Shown here in pieces: positions 19,267 to 29,779 of a stretch of DNA of 64,000 bases (its first letter is position 1; every line of letters starts with the position of its first letter). This stretch comes from an uncultured Chthonomonadaceae bacterium. Its GTDB lineage: Bacteria; Armatimonadota; Chthonomonadetes; Chthonomonadales; Chthonomonadaceae. The notes under the pieces were generated by a model. The model was not told the DNA's origin and ran no database searches. It saw nothing but the letters and a program-made list of their open reading frames with translations. The position numbers and the translations under genes are program-made. The stretch lies in contig CAWIEK010000049.1 of the NCBI GenBank assembly GCA_963835065.1, positions 256,001-320,000 on the forward strand, in the 5' to 3' direction.

Positions 19267-21114
19267 TTGAACGTCTCTAACACCTTCAGAATCATAACTG
19301 CGCTGCTTTTATGGGGGGCGCTGATACTGCTTCGCGTAGTACATCTCGACTCGGACGCTTACGCGCGCCTTTCCTGGAGCAGCGCGCTCCTGACGGACGA
19401 AGGCTTTTATATCCACAACGCCCGCAACATCATTCTGTTCGGACAGATGCGTACCGACGAGTTCAATAACGCGCTGATCATGCCCTTGCTGCATCTGGTT
19501 CAAGTGGTCGTCTTTACTCTGTGCGGCGTCGGAGCGATTCAAGCGCGGCTGATTTCCGTTGCCTGCAGCCTGCTTACGCTTGCCGTGTTCTTTTGCGCCC
19601 TCCGCCGCGCCTTCGGCAGCCGCGCAGCATGGCTCGGCCTTGCCCTCCTCGGCCTTGATCCCGTCTTCGCGCTTTACAATCGCCTCGCCCTGATGGACAC
19701 GCCCGCCTGCCTGCCGTTGTGCGCCGCCTTTTATGCGTGGACGCGAACGAAGGGAAAAGGGAAAAGGGAAAAGGGAAAAGAAGAAATAGAAGACAGAAGA
19801 CAGAAGACAGAAGATACGCAACTCCAGCCTCTATCGGAACAGACGAATTCCTTTTCCCTTTTCCCTTTTCCCTTTTCCCTTCCCTGGCTGTTACTGTGCG
19901 GCGGCTGTCTCGGCCTGGCGTACACCGTCCGGGGATTGGCGGCGGTGATTGTGCCCGTGCCGTTTGTGCTGCTGTTGGTAAGAAGAGAGGGGAGCAGACG
20001 TTCGCGGGTGCGGGATGCGCTGCTGTTGTTCGTCGGGTTGCTGTGCGTCCTCGCGCCGTATGCGCTTTTATGGTATCTGCCGCATCGTCAGGAGATGGCC
20101 CATGCCAATGCGTATTACACGCGCCAGCAACTGCTTCCCCAAAATGGACACGTCCTGCTTGAAAACATAGAACGCGGTTTATTCAACGGTGGGCGTGGGA
20201 TGTTACCCTACTTGCTGAAACACTCTACGGCTTTGACATTGTTAGCGATTTCGTATGCCGCGACCTGTCTGTGTTCCTGGGCAGGGCAATGGCTTGGACG
20301 CTGGAAACAACGCGACACACAACAGAAAAGCAATTTACAACAAAATAATGGCCGACAAGAAGACAATGCAGGATTAAAAAAGACGATAAGCACTGAATTG
20401 TTTCTTGCCGGATGGCTGTTGCCCCTGCTCATTCTGACACTGTGCGTAAATTACGCGCCAAGCCGGTATTATGTTCTATTCTATCCGCCGCTTGCCGGTT
20501 TTGCGGCTATATATGCAGATCAACTACTGAGCCGTGTACAGAAATGTCTACGCGATGGAGCGCAAGGGAATAGACACAAGGCTTTGGCGCATTTGTTCGT
20601 AACGAATTTGTTCATAGTAGGCTGGATTGCGGGCGGCGTATACTGGTACGCGGATTGGCTGCTGCATCTCAGTTACCGGCAGCGGGACGCGGATCGCTGG
20701 CTGGCAGCAAATCTGCCGCCTGACAGCGTCCTGATTGGCGCTGTGTCGCCGGGATTAAGCATGAACAACAGGTTTCGGTGCGTCAACGTCATTGAGAACC
20801 TGTGCAATGATGAACACCCGGTCGAAGACGCCGCGCCCACGCCGCGCTACATCGTTTTGTTGGATCGTGAAGCGGGCTACGCGCCTGTTCCGGCCTCCTC
20901 GTCACCCGGCATCATCTCCTATAGAGATAAATGGGCGGATAGATGGAAGGAGCGCTACTGGCTGCGCCGTTATCCTGACCTTGTGCAGCCGCAGCGCCGT
21001 ATCAAGGCGTTTCCAAATATGCTGAGACCGTTCTTTACCATTGGCGTTTACCCGGTCCCGGAAGCGTATTCACAAAAAACGGGACGGAACGGCAAAGTAA
21101 CTGCGCAGCCCTGA
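19267..21114 (+). CDS. ArnT/PMT-like (GT39/GT83) glycosyltransferase
   Basis: TDEGFYIHNARN after TM1, ARLISV, RLALMD, RYY, many TMs. Confidence 0.8.
   Translation: MNVSNTFRIITALLLWGALILLRVVHLDSDAYARLSWSSALLTDEGFYIHNARNIILFGQMRTDEFNNALIMPLLHLVQVVVFTLCGVGAIQARLISVACSLLTLAVFFCALRRAFGSRAAWLGLALLGLDPVFALYNRLALMDTPACLPLCAAFYAWTRTKGKGKREKGKEEIEDRRQKTEDTQLQPLSEQTNSFSLFPFPFSLPWLLLCGGCLGLAYTVRGLAAVIVPVPFVLLLVRREGSRRSRVRDALLLFVGLLCVLAPYALLWYLPHRQEMAHANAYYTRQQLLPQNGHVLLENIERGLFNGGRGMLPYLLKHSTALTLLAISYAATCLCSWAGQWLGRWKQRDTQQKSNLQQNNGRQEDNAGLKKTISTELFLAGWLLPLLILTLCVNYAPSRYYVLFYPPLAGFAAIYADQLLSRVQKCLRDGAQGNRHKALAHLFVTNLFIVGWIAGGVYWYADWLLHLSYRQRDADRWLAANLPPDSVLIGAVSPGLSMNNRFRCVNVIENLCNDEHPVEDAAPTPRYIVLLDREAGYAPVPASSSPGIISYRDKWADRWKERYWLRRYPDLVQPQRRIKAFPNMLRPFFTIGVYPVPEAYSQKTGRNGKVTAQP
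19750..19883. repeat. In-frame fold-back element (GGGAAAA)4-(AGACAGA)3-core-(TTTTCCC)4
   Basis: Encodes KGKGKREKGKEEIEDRRQKTEDTQLQPLSEQTNSFSLFPFPFSLP. Confidence 0.9.
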
Positions 21115-21152
21115 TGGAATTTCGAGAGATTTGTGCTAGAATTGTTGTTGTG

Positions 21153-21662
21153 ATGAAAGTATTGGAGATGATGAAAACCCACGTCACGACCACGCGCCCG
21201 GAAGCCACGCTTGGCGAGGCGATTGATCTGATGGATTTGTATCAAGCGCCGAGCCTGCCCGTTGTAGACGCCGCGCGCTGTTTGTGCGGTATTCTTACGT
21301 CAGAAGATGTTCTGCGCGCCATGATGAGTCAGGCCAACCTTGCGTCTGATACAAATCAGCAACAAGAAACACAAGAATACGGTGAGCCACAAGCCAATGA
21401 ACCGGGTACGGATGCACCGAACACAAATAACTTGCTTGTGGAACGCGCGCTTCGGGCAAAACATGCGGCGCAATACACTGTTCGGGACTACATGACCCCT
21501 GTTGTCATTAGTGTTTCCGAACACGCCGATGTTGAGCAGGCGGCACGGCTGTTATTATCGCGCCAATTGACGCGCCTGCCGGTTACGGACGAATTGGGGC
21601 GCGTCGTAGGCACTGTAAGCCGCGTTGACGTGATACAGGCTGTTTTTGAAGCCTTACTGTGA
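21153..21662 (+). CDS. CBS domain pair protein
   Basis: LPVVD..GILTSED; VRDYMT; LPVTD..VVGTVSRVDV. Confidence 0.9.
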   Translation: MKVLEMMKTHVTTTRPEATLGEAIDLMDLYQAPSLPVVDAARCLCGILTSEDVLRAMMSQANLASDTNQQQETQEYGEPQANEPGTDAPNTNNLLVERALRAKHAAQYTVRDYMTPVVISVSEHADVEQAARLLLSRQLTRLPVTDELGRVVGTVSRVDVIQAVFEALL

Positions 21663-21725
21663 TTAGATAGTAGATAGTTTTTAGTTGATAGTTGATAGGG
21701 AGGCAGGAACCGCGAACTTTCAGCG
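21662..21725. repeat. (AGTTGAT)n array plus GGGAGGCAGGAAC tail
   Basis: Matches 8868-8925. Confidence 0.75.
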
Positions 21726-21818
21726 GCCTGCGGCCTTGACAATCTTTGAAGTTTAGCAAGCCTTGAAGTTTAGATTGAAGTTGAAGTTTCGTGTGAAGAT
21801 GAGAAGGGATGTGGAGAG

Positions 21819-23093
21819 ATGCGCGCGCGTTTTGGCAAGAATACCTATCGGCATATCGCGGCACAGGCGGCGTTGCTTCTGGCTGCCGGGCTATCCCTGG
21901 CGCTGGCCGGCTGTAAAGACAAAGACACTTCGGGTACGACAACCGGTGGCGGCGGTGGCAATACGACCACTGCAAGCACGTCCGGGGGCGGGAGTGGCGA
22001 TGAGATCGTCATTGGCGAATACGGCTCCTTCACGGGCAAGCAGTCCGACTTTGGAATCCAGACCGACAACGGTATTCAACTGGCAGTTGCGGAAGCCAAT
22101 GAAGCCGGAGGCGTGGACATTGGCGGCAAGAAGATGAAAATCCGCCTTGTCACGGAAGACGATCAGAGCGACTCCACCAAAGCGGATACCGCCGTCAAGC
22201 GCCTGATTGATGAAAAGAGCGTGACCGCCATACTTGGCGAAGTGGCAAGCGCATGCAGTCAGGCCGGGGGCAAAGTATGCCAGGAACGGGGCGTACCCAT
22301 GATTTCGCCGTCCTCCACCAACGAAACCGTTACGCAGAACCGTGATATGGTTTTCCGCGTTTGCTTTATTGACAGCTATCAGGCTGGAGTGGTTGCCCGC
22401 TTCATCAAGGACGGCCTGAAAAAAACCAATGTCGCCACGTTCACGAACAAATCGGAAAGCTACTCGGTCGGGTTTACCGACGAGTTTAAGAAAAAGTTTA
22501 CGCAGTACGGCGGCAAAATTCTGATGGAGCAGACGTATGGCTCCAACGATCAGGATTATCGCGGGCAGTTGACGGCCATCAAATCCGCCAACCCGGACGC
22601 TATCCTGGTTCCCGGCTACTATTCGGATGCCGCCAGCATCGCAAAGCAGGCGCGTGAATTGGGCATTACCGTTCCGCTACTCGGCGGGGACGGCTGGAGT
22701 TCCCCCGAATTGATCAAGATCGGCGGCAGCGCGCTGGAAGGCTGCTACTTCAGCGATCACATGTCCATTAAAAACCCCGATCCCATCGTGCAGAACTTCG
22801 TCAAGGGTTATTCCGGCAAGTTCAAAACGGAGCCGACCTCTATGTCGGCGTTGGGCTATGACGCGGCCAAAATCCTGTTCGATGCCATGACCCGCGCCAA
22901 GTCAACCGATAAAAAAGCCATTCGGGACGCGCTTGCGCAAACGAAGGATTATACGGGCGTAACCGGCAAAATCACCATTGATGAAAATCGTAATGCCAAA
23001 AAGCCCGCCGTTATCAATGTCGTGAAAAACGGCAGTTTCGATTTCGCCGCGACCATACCCGACCCGGATCAGCCGATGCCGGCAAAGCAGTGA
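21819..23093 (+). CDS. livK: Branched-chain amino acid ABC transporter substrate-binding lipoprotein
   Basis: Lipobox LAGC; EDDQS, ISPSST, FRVCFIDSYQ, GGDGW, LGYDA, GVTGKITID. Confidence 0.9.
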   Translation: MRARFGKNTYRHIAAQAALLLAAGLSLALAGCKDKDTSGTTTGGGGGNTTTASTSGGGSGDEIVIGEYGSFTGKQSDFGIQTDNGIQLAVAEANEAGGVDIGGKKMKIRLVTEDDQSDSTKADTAVKRLIDEKSVTAILGEVASACSQAGGKVCQERGVPMISPSSTNETVTQNRDMVFRVCFIDSYQAGVVARFIKDGLKKTNVATFTNKSESYSVGFTDEFKKKFTQYGGKILMEQTYGSNDQDYRGQLTAIKSANPDAILVPGYYSDAASIAKQARELGITVPLLGGDGWSSPELIKIGGSALEGCYFSDHMSIKNPDPIVQNFVKGYSGKFKTEPTSMSALGYDAAKILFDAMTRAKSTDKKAIRDALAQTKDYTGVTGKITIDENRNAKKPAVINVVKNGSFDFAATIPDPDQPMPAKQ

Positions 23094-23095
23094 TA

Positions 23096-23213
23096 AGGCA
23101 GGTTTCAGGTTTCAGGTTTCAGGAAAAACTCTTCATTTAACGTTGATCTAGTAAATTCATCGAGTGGAATGAACAGTGAGTTCTCCCTGACACCTGAAAC
23201 CTGAAACCTGCCT
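23096..23213. repeat. Fold-back element with (GTTTCAG)n arms; 28-bp inverted repeat with 1 mismatch
   Basis: Arms 23096-23123 and 23186-23213; internal TGAACAGT. Confidence 0.9.
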
Positions 23214-23227
23214 CTTGGAGCCTCTTC

Positions 23228-24349
23228 TTGTCTAAGGCAGTAGAGATATTTCTACAACAGTTCGTCAATGGCATCCAGACCGGCAGCGTGTATGCGCTGA
23301 TCGCGGTCGGGTACACGATGGTGTATGGTGTCCTGAAGTTCATCAACTTCGCGCATGGCGACGTGTACATGGTCGGGGCGTACATCGGCCTGTTCGCGGT
23401 TGCGGCTATTCTGCCGCACAATGGGCCGCTGACGCAGGATATTATCGTCCTGCTGCTGTGCATGATGGGGTGCGGGTTGTTGGGCGCGTTTATCGAGCGT
23501 CTCGCCTATCGTCCCCTGCGTAACGGCCTGAGCGGAACCGATGCCTGGCCCTGGGCGCTGTTCTGGGCGCTGTACATCGGCCTGTTTGCTGGCCCGGCTG
23601 TGGAAGCGCATAGTTCCTTTAATGGCGTGGGCGCGTTTTTGATTACGGTAGGGATCAGTTTTGTGGTTTTGACGCCCATCCTGCAGCGTCTGTTTGCCGG
23701 GGTAGGGAAGCGGCTGCGGCCTTCGCGCAATCGCCTGACCGCGCTGATTACCGCCATCGGATTGTCGCTGCTGCTGGAAAATCAGGGGCAAGCCTCGTTC
23801 GGGGCGACGCCGCGCCAGTACCCGGATCAGGGCTTCAAGCCGCAGATACTTTCGATTGGCGCAATTCATGTTGATATTAACGCGGGGCGGCTGATCGTAC
23901 TCGGAGCCGCCGTGATCCTGATGGCGGTTCTGGTCTACATCGTGCGCAAGACCCGGACGGGACGCGCCATACGCGCCGTTTCCTACGACATTGAAGCGGC
24001 GGCGCTGATGGGAATTCCCACGGATCGCATTGTCGCGCTGACTTTCGTAATCGGCTCTGCCTTAGCAGGCGCAGGCGGTTTCCTGAACCACAACCTGGGG
24101 CAGATCAAGTTCGACGCCAACATCGGCATCCAACTTGGCCTGAAAGCCTTTGTAGCCGCTGTGCTGGGCGGTATCGGCAGCATAGAGGGCGCGGTATTGG
24201 GAGCCATGCTGATGGGGCTTGCTGAAAGCTACACGGGTGGTTCCGCGCTCAATGCGTTCAAGGACGGAGTAGGCTTCGTGATTCTGATTGCCGTGCTGTT
24301 GTTTCGGCCTGCCGGTATCCTGGGCCGCAACACGGTTGAGAAAGTTTAG
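23228..24349 (+). CDS. livH: Branched-chain amino acid ABC permease with an internal insert
   Basis: GSVYALIAVGYTMVYGVL..INFAHG, TRTGRAIRAVS, KAFVAAVLGGIG. Confidence 0.92.
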   Translation: MSKAVEIFLQQFVNGIQTGSVYALIAVGYTMVYGVLKFINFAHGDVYMVGAYIGLFAVAAILPHNGPLTQDIIVLLLCMMGCGLLGAFIERLAYRPLRNGLSGTDAWPWALFWALYIGLFAGPAVEAHSSFNGVGAFLITVGISFVVLTPILQRLFAGVGKRLRPSRNRLTALITAIGLSLLLENQGQASFGATPRQYPDQGFKPQILSIGAIHVDINAGRLIVLGAAVILMAVLVYIVRKTRTGRAIRAVSYDIEAAALMGIPTDRIVALTFVIGSALAGAGGFLNHNLGQIKFDANIGIQLGLKAFVAAVLGGIGSIEGAVLGAMLMGLAESYTGGSALNAFKDGVGFVILIAVLLFRPAGILGRNTVEKV

Positions 24350-24506
24350 CAAAGTTCAGCTCGGTTACAACTTTTGCTTCGTATATTCCCATATTTCCCA
24401 TTTTTTAGTGTGTTCAAAACCATCGTCCTTACCGTAATACATGCAGTTAGCCATGCAATGATGCTTGCCATACCGCCGTGTGTTCATCCGTTTTCTGTCT
24501 AAGTTC

Positions 24507-26760
24507 ATGATACAAACCGATTCACGCGCTGTTTCCCTTTCTCCTATGGCTGCTTCTCCCGCGTTGCGCTGGCTCAAGCGTCTTGGCTGGCTGCTGGTTG
24601 CCGCCCTGCTTATCGCCATTGGCAGCAGGGTCAATAACAACCTCAAAGAATACTATCAGGATGTTATTTTGCAGTGCGGCTTTGCCATCATCCTGGCGGT
24701 CAGTCTCAACATCGTCAATGGGCTGACCGGGCAGTTTTCCATCGGCCATGCCGGGTTTATGGCTGTGGGCGCGTATACCGGCGCGAGTATTACGTATCAG
24801 GTGGCTCTTCAATCCCATGTTGCCAAACCCGGATTGCCCTGGATGCTGCTGGCAATGGGGGTGGGGGGGGTATGCGCGGCGCTTGCGGGCTATATCGTCG
24901 GCGTGCCGAGTTTACGACTGCGCGGCGATTACCTTGCCATTGTTACCCTGGGTTTCGGCGAAATCATCCGCGTAATTCTGGAAAATATCGGTGACATCAA
25001 CGCCTCCCTGTCCTTTACCGGGGGCGCTTCCGGTTTTCAGAACATCCCTACGCTGTCCACCTTTGGCATCGTGACCGCTACAGCCATCGTTGTGATCGTG
25101 CTGGCGCGGAATTTGAAGTTTTCCTCGCACGGCCTGGCTTTTATGTCCATACGCGAGGACGAAATTGCCGCAGATGCTATGGGCGTCAATACTACCCGCA
25201 TCAAAGTGACGGCTTTTGTCCTGAGCGCGTTTTTTGCCGGGGTGGGGGGCGTCCTGTTTGCGCACTATAAAGCCATCAAACCGGATACGTTTGGGTTCGT
25301 CCTGTCCATGAACTACGTCGTCATGATCGTATTGGGAGGAACCGGCAGTATCACGGGCGCGACAATGGCGGCAGTGGGCCTGACGATCCTGCCGGAACTG
25401 CTCAAACCCATTAAAGACAGAGTTCCCTTTTTCACGGACGAGTACCGGCAGGTCATTTACGCGCTGCTCCTTGTGCTGATGATGATCTTACGTCCGACGG
25501 GCGTGTTCGGCACAGGCGAGTTGAGTTTGGCGGGGCTACGGCGATGGTTCCGGCGTGGCAAAACGCCCGTGACCTCGCTTGCAGAAGGGCTGACGGCGGA
25601 AGGCAACCGCGCGCTGGAAGATGCCACCAGCGAGGCGCTGGAAGAGGGGAGTAAGCCGACAGGCGCGAACGCGGAAGTCACGCGCTCACATTCCTCAATG
25701 TCAGCAATGCAGTCTTCGTTCGCGTCTTCCACTTCTGCGCCCTCTATGCTTGACCGTAGCGATATTCTGCTCGACGTTGCCGATTTGACCCGGCGCTTCG
25801 GTGGGCTGACGGCAGTGGGGAATGTCAATTTACAGCTTCATAAAGGTGAATTGGTTGGCCTGATTGGTCCTAACGGCGCGGGCAAAACCACCGTTTTTAA
25901 TCTACTGACCGGCGTGTATGAGCCTAGCGAAGGCCGTTTGGATTTCGACGATCAACCGTTGGCCGGGCAGCGCCCGACGCTGCTAACAACACGAATAGCG
26001 GGATTGGCGTTGGATACGGTCATTGCGGCGTTCGCGGGCTGGATCATCAGTACCATTATGGCGACTGCGATTGTGCCTGCCGCGACCACGCCCCAAGCGG
26101 TTCATCTGCAAGCCGTCATTCGATGGCTTGGCCCGATCATCGGTATTGCGGCTTCGCTTGCCACGCTGCGCAATCGCCGCAAATTCGTGCCCGGCTACAA
26201 GCCGTATCGCTTTGCGCTACGCGGCATTTCGCGCACCTTCCAAAATATCCGCTTATTTGCCGATTTGACGGTACTGGAGAATGTTCGCATCGGAACCTAC
26301 CTCCGGCGGCAAACCAATGTTTTTGATGCCTTGTTCCGCACAACCCGCCTGGAACGCGAGGAAGCCGCTAACATCGAAAAGGCGCGGCGCTTGCTTGCCG
26401 AATTCAATCTGCTGCGCGTTCAGGATGAACAGGCGAAGAATCTGCCGTATGGCGATCAGCGCCGGCTGGAAATCGTGCGCGCGCTGGCAACCGATCCCGA
26501 AATTGCTCCTGCTTGATGAACCGGCAGCAGGCATGAACCCGCAGGAAAAGGGTCAACTTATGCACCTGATTCGCCGCGTCCGGGACGAATACGGCCTGAC
26601 CATCCTGCTGATTGAGCATGACATGAAGCTTGTCATGGGCATTTGCGAACGCATTTACGTATTGGATTACGGGCGCATCATCGCTGAAGGAACGCCGCAG
26701 GAAATACGCAGCAATCCCAAAGTCGTGGCCGCTTATCTGGGCGAGGAAAGTAATGAGTAG
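24507..26760 (+). CDS. Fused LivM permease - LivG ATPase; +1 frameshift near 26497
   Basis: [69 protein letters not shown]. Confidence 0.9.
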
Positions 26761-26862
26761 GAAGGTTTCAGGTTTCAGAAAAGCCTCTCCTTTCAGAGTT
26801 GAACAGTAAACATGAAATGTCATCCTGACACATGAAATGTCATCCTGACACCTGACACCTAA
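26757..26862. repeat. Fold-back element of the (GTTTCAG)/(CCTGACA) type with an internal 20-bp duplication
   Basis: acatgaaatgtcatcctgac twice; TTGAACAGTA core. Confidence 0.8.
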
Positions 26863-26873
26863 CGGAGTGTGCC

Positions 26874-27581
26874 TTGCTGACGATTACCGATTTGAACGTG
26901 TACTATGGGGCGATACGGGCGCTGGACGGCATCTCGCTGACGGTCAATCAGGGCGAGATTGTCTGCATGATCGGCGCAAATGGGGCGGGCAAAAGCACGA
27001 CTATACGGACGGTCTCCGGGCTTGTGCGGCCGCGTTCCGGCGAAGTTTCGTTTGAAGGCAAGGCTTTGCACCGTCTGCCGCCGCATGATATTGTTACGCT
27101 TGGGGTGGGGCAGTCACCCGAAGGCCGACGGGTCTTTGCCAACATGACGGTACGCGAGAATCTGGATTTAGGCGCGTTTACCCGAGACAAACACAAGGCG
27201 GAAAAGCGCGACGATCTGGAAAAAGCTTTTACGCTGTTTCCCCGCCTCAAAGAGCGGGAAGCGCAGCTTGCCGGGACGCTGTCCGGGGGAGAGCAGCAAA
27301 TGCTTGCCATCGGACGCGCGCTGATGTCCCGCCCGCGCCTGCTGCTGCTCGATGAACCCTCTTTGGGACTCGCGCCCTTCCTCGTCAAGAACATCTTTCA
27401 GATCATACAGGACATCAATCAGCAGGGCGTGACGATCCTGCTTGTCGAACAAAACGCCAATCAAGCGCTCCGCATCGCCCACCGGGGCTATGTCCTGGAA
27501 ACAGGCCGCGTCGTGCTTGCCGACACCGCCGCCGCGCTGCTGCAAAACGACAGTGTGCGGAAAGCGTATTTAGGAGAGTAG
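26874..27581 (+). CDS. livF: Branched-chain amino acid ABC ATPase
   Basis: GANGAGKST, PEGRRVF, LSGGEQQMLA, LDEPSLGLAP, VEQNA. Confidence 0.95.
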   Translation: MLTITDLNVYYGAIRALDGISLTVNQGEIVCMIGANGAGKSTTIRTVSGLVRPRSGEVSFEGKALHRLPPHDIVTLGVGQSPEGRRVFANMTVRENLDLGAFTRDKHKAEKRDDLEKAFTLFPRLKEREAQLAGTLSGGEQQMLAIGRALMSRPRLLLLDEPSLGLAPFLVKNIFQIIQDINQQGVTILLVEQNANQALRIAHRGYVLETGRVVLADTAAALLQNDSVRKAYLGE

Positions 27582-27704
27582 GTTTCAGGTTTCAGGTGTT
27601 AGGTGTCAGGAAAAAGCGCTACCTTGCCTATTACTTGAACAGTAGACTACCCAAGGCAAGTAGATACTCCCCTGACACCTAACACCTGAAACCTGAAACC
27701 TACT
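27577..27704. repeat. Fold-back element with a perfect 34-bp inverted repeat, filling the whole intergenic gap
   Basis: 27577-27610 is the reverse complement of 27671-27704; inner stems; TACT-TGAAC-AGTA. Confidence 0.95.
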
Positions 27705-28553
27705 ATGGACGACCTCACCCGTGCCCTTGCTTTCGGCCTGCTGACCTTGCTGACGATACATGGCAGCATCGAAGACCGCGCCAGACGGAGGGCGGAACTA
27801 CAGGTCAGCGAAAGTTTTCAGCATACCGGAAGGGTGCGCGCGGAAATTCAGGGGCGCGGATGGTTCGGCGTGGAAGCCAATGATTTCTGGTCGGTTGACA
27901 TTTACGGCATGGAATTGAAATCCGACAGGCTGCCGTTTTATGTATACCCGCGTCCGGGCTGGAAGGGGAGTATCCGCCATTTGCGGCTGCATTTGAAGCG
28001 GTTTACGCTCAAGGGACTGCCGATACGCGCTTTCGATGCCGATATACCTTTTGCGACTTATGACATTGGACACGCGCTGTATAAAGGCCGGCTTGTCCTG
28101 CGGGGAACCGGGGCAGGGCCGTCAACCGTTGAAGTGGATGGGGCAGGGCTGCGCGCGTTCATCAACAAAAAATTCAAGGATACCCTTTCGGATGTCAACG
28201 TAAGTTTCCCCGGACGACGTATTCTGATCGAAGGCAAGATACGCCTGTTTTCGGACTACGCGCCTTTCTCCGCAACGGGAACGCTCGTTCCCCGCGCCGG
28301 GCGCTTTCTTGACCTGGCCGAGCCTGAAATGCGCTTGAATGGCCTTCTAATGACTGCTTCGGGCACGCAGAACCTTTTACGGCAAATCAATCCTGTTCTG
28401 GATGCGGATGCGGATTTAGGGTTGGGCGGTTATTTCGAGATGGAGCGCGTGGAAGTCAAGGACGATGAAATCGTGATCACCGGGCGGGCTTCTATACCCG
28501 TTGCGCCCTCTCCCGTTTCTACTCCCATTTCTACAGGAAAGACAGGAAATTAG
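27705..28553 (+). CDS. DUF2993/LmeA-like exported protein
   Basis: N-terminal hydrophobic segment; beta-rich; C-terminal V.DDEIVITG. Confidence 0.55.
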   Translation: MDDLTRALAFGLLTLLTIHGSIEDRARRRAELQVSESFQHTGRVRAEIQGRGWFGVEANDFWSVDIYGMELKSDRLPFYVYPRPGWKGSIRHLRLHLKRFTLKGLPIRAFDADIPFATYDIGHALYKGRLVLRGTGAGPSTVEVDGAGLRAFINKKFKDTLSDVNVSFPGRRILIEGKIRLFSDYAPFSATGTLVPRAGRFLDLAEPEMRLNGLLMTASGTQNLLRQINPVLDADADLGLGGYFEMERVEVKDDEIVITGRASIPVAPSPVSTPISTGKTGN

Positions 28554-28569
28554 GTTAGGAAATCCGTTT

Positions 28570-29727
28570 ATGACAGATACAGATAGGACCGAATTGAAAC
28601 ATACGCCTCTTTATGACGCCCATGTTGCGCTTAAAGGCAGAATGGTGGAGTATGCGGGGTGGGCGATGCCCGTTCTGTATACGGGAATACTGGAAGAGGC
28701 GCGGGCGGTTCGCAGCGTTGCCGGGATATTCGACATCAGCCACATGGGGCGCGTCCACGTGTTTGGGGAGGAAGCGACGACCTTTTTGCAGAAATTGACC
28801 AGCAATGATGTGGGCGCGTTAAAACCCTCGTCTGCGCAGTATTCGCTGCTGATGAACGCGACGGGCGGCATCATAGACGATATTATCATTTATAGGGAAG
28901 ATCGGGACAGCTATCTGGTTGTCATCAATGCGGGAAACGCCGAGAAAGACCTGCAATGGATGCGCAAGCATGTGCCAGATGGGGTTACTATTCAAGATCA
29001 AAGCGAGCAGACGGCGATGATTGCCGTACAGGGACCGCAAACTCCTGAAATGGTAGCGCGGCTTGCCGGCAATCCCGCGTTGCTGGAACGCAAGCGCTTT
29101 CAGTACGCGACGGGGCTGCTATCCGGTATTCCTGCTACGTTTTGCCGTACCGGCTATACGGGCGAAGATGGCTTTGAGTTGATCGTGCCCGCCAAGCAGG
29201 GACAGGACGCCTGGAACGCGCTGATGGCTGCCGGAGCGGTGCCCTGCGGGTTGGGGGCACGCGACGCCCTGCGCATCGAAGCCGGGTATCCGCTGTATGG
29301 GCATGAAATTGATGAAACTACATCACCGGTTGAGGCTGGCTTGATGTGGGTCGTGAAATTGGATAAGGGAGATTTCTTTGGCAAGGAGCAGATAGCGCGG
29401 CAGAAGCAGGAGGGTCCGAAGCGCCGACTGATGGGACTGACTTCTCATGAGCGCATCATCCCGCGACAGGGCTTCCCCCTTTACGCGGCGCAGGAAACAG
29501 GCGGGGCAGGGGAGGGAGCGGAAAAATCCTCCATCGGCGTCATTACAAGCGGCGTTTTTTCTCCTACGCGCAACCACAGCGTGGCAATGGCGTATATTGA
29601 TGTAGAGCATGCCAAACCCGGCACTCGTGTTGAGGTCGCTATACGCGACAAGTTTGCGGGCATGACGGTCGTGCAGAAAAAATCTCTGCTGGAGGCGCAT
29701 GAAACTCCCGAAGAACATTCGCTATAA
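28570..29727 (+). CDS. gcvT: Glycine cleavage system T protein
   Basis: TPLYDAH, FDISHMG, RTGYTGEDGFE, GLGARDALRIEAG. Confidence 0.96.
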   Translation: MTDTDRTELKHTPLYDAHVALKGRMVEYAGWAMPVLYTGILEEARAVRSVAGIFDISHMGRVHVFGEEATTFLQKLTSNDVGALKPSSAQYSLLMNATGGIIDDIIIYREDRDSYLVVINAGNAEKDLQWMRKHVPDGVTIQDQSEQTAMIAVQGPQTPEMVARLAGNPALLERKRFQYATGLLSGIPATFCRTGYTGEDGFELIVPAKQGQDAWNALMAAGAVPCGLGARDALRIEAGYPLYGHEIDETTSPVEAGLMWVVKLDKGDFFGKEQIARQKQEGPKRRLMGLTSHERIIPRQGFPLYAAQETGGAGEGAEKSSIGVITSGVFSPTRNHSVAMAYIDVEHAKPGTRVEVAIRDKFAGMTVVQKKSLLEAHETPEEHSL

Positions 29728-29779
29728 TGCGCTATAGACTGAGAAGATACTGAGAAGAGTGAGTGAGGATAGAACAGAA

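Noticed and set aside
28501..28569. Glycine riboswitch upstream of gcvT
   Set aside because: Only 16 bp separate gcvT from the upstream gene, and no aptamer consensus is visible.
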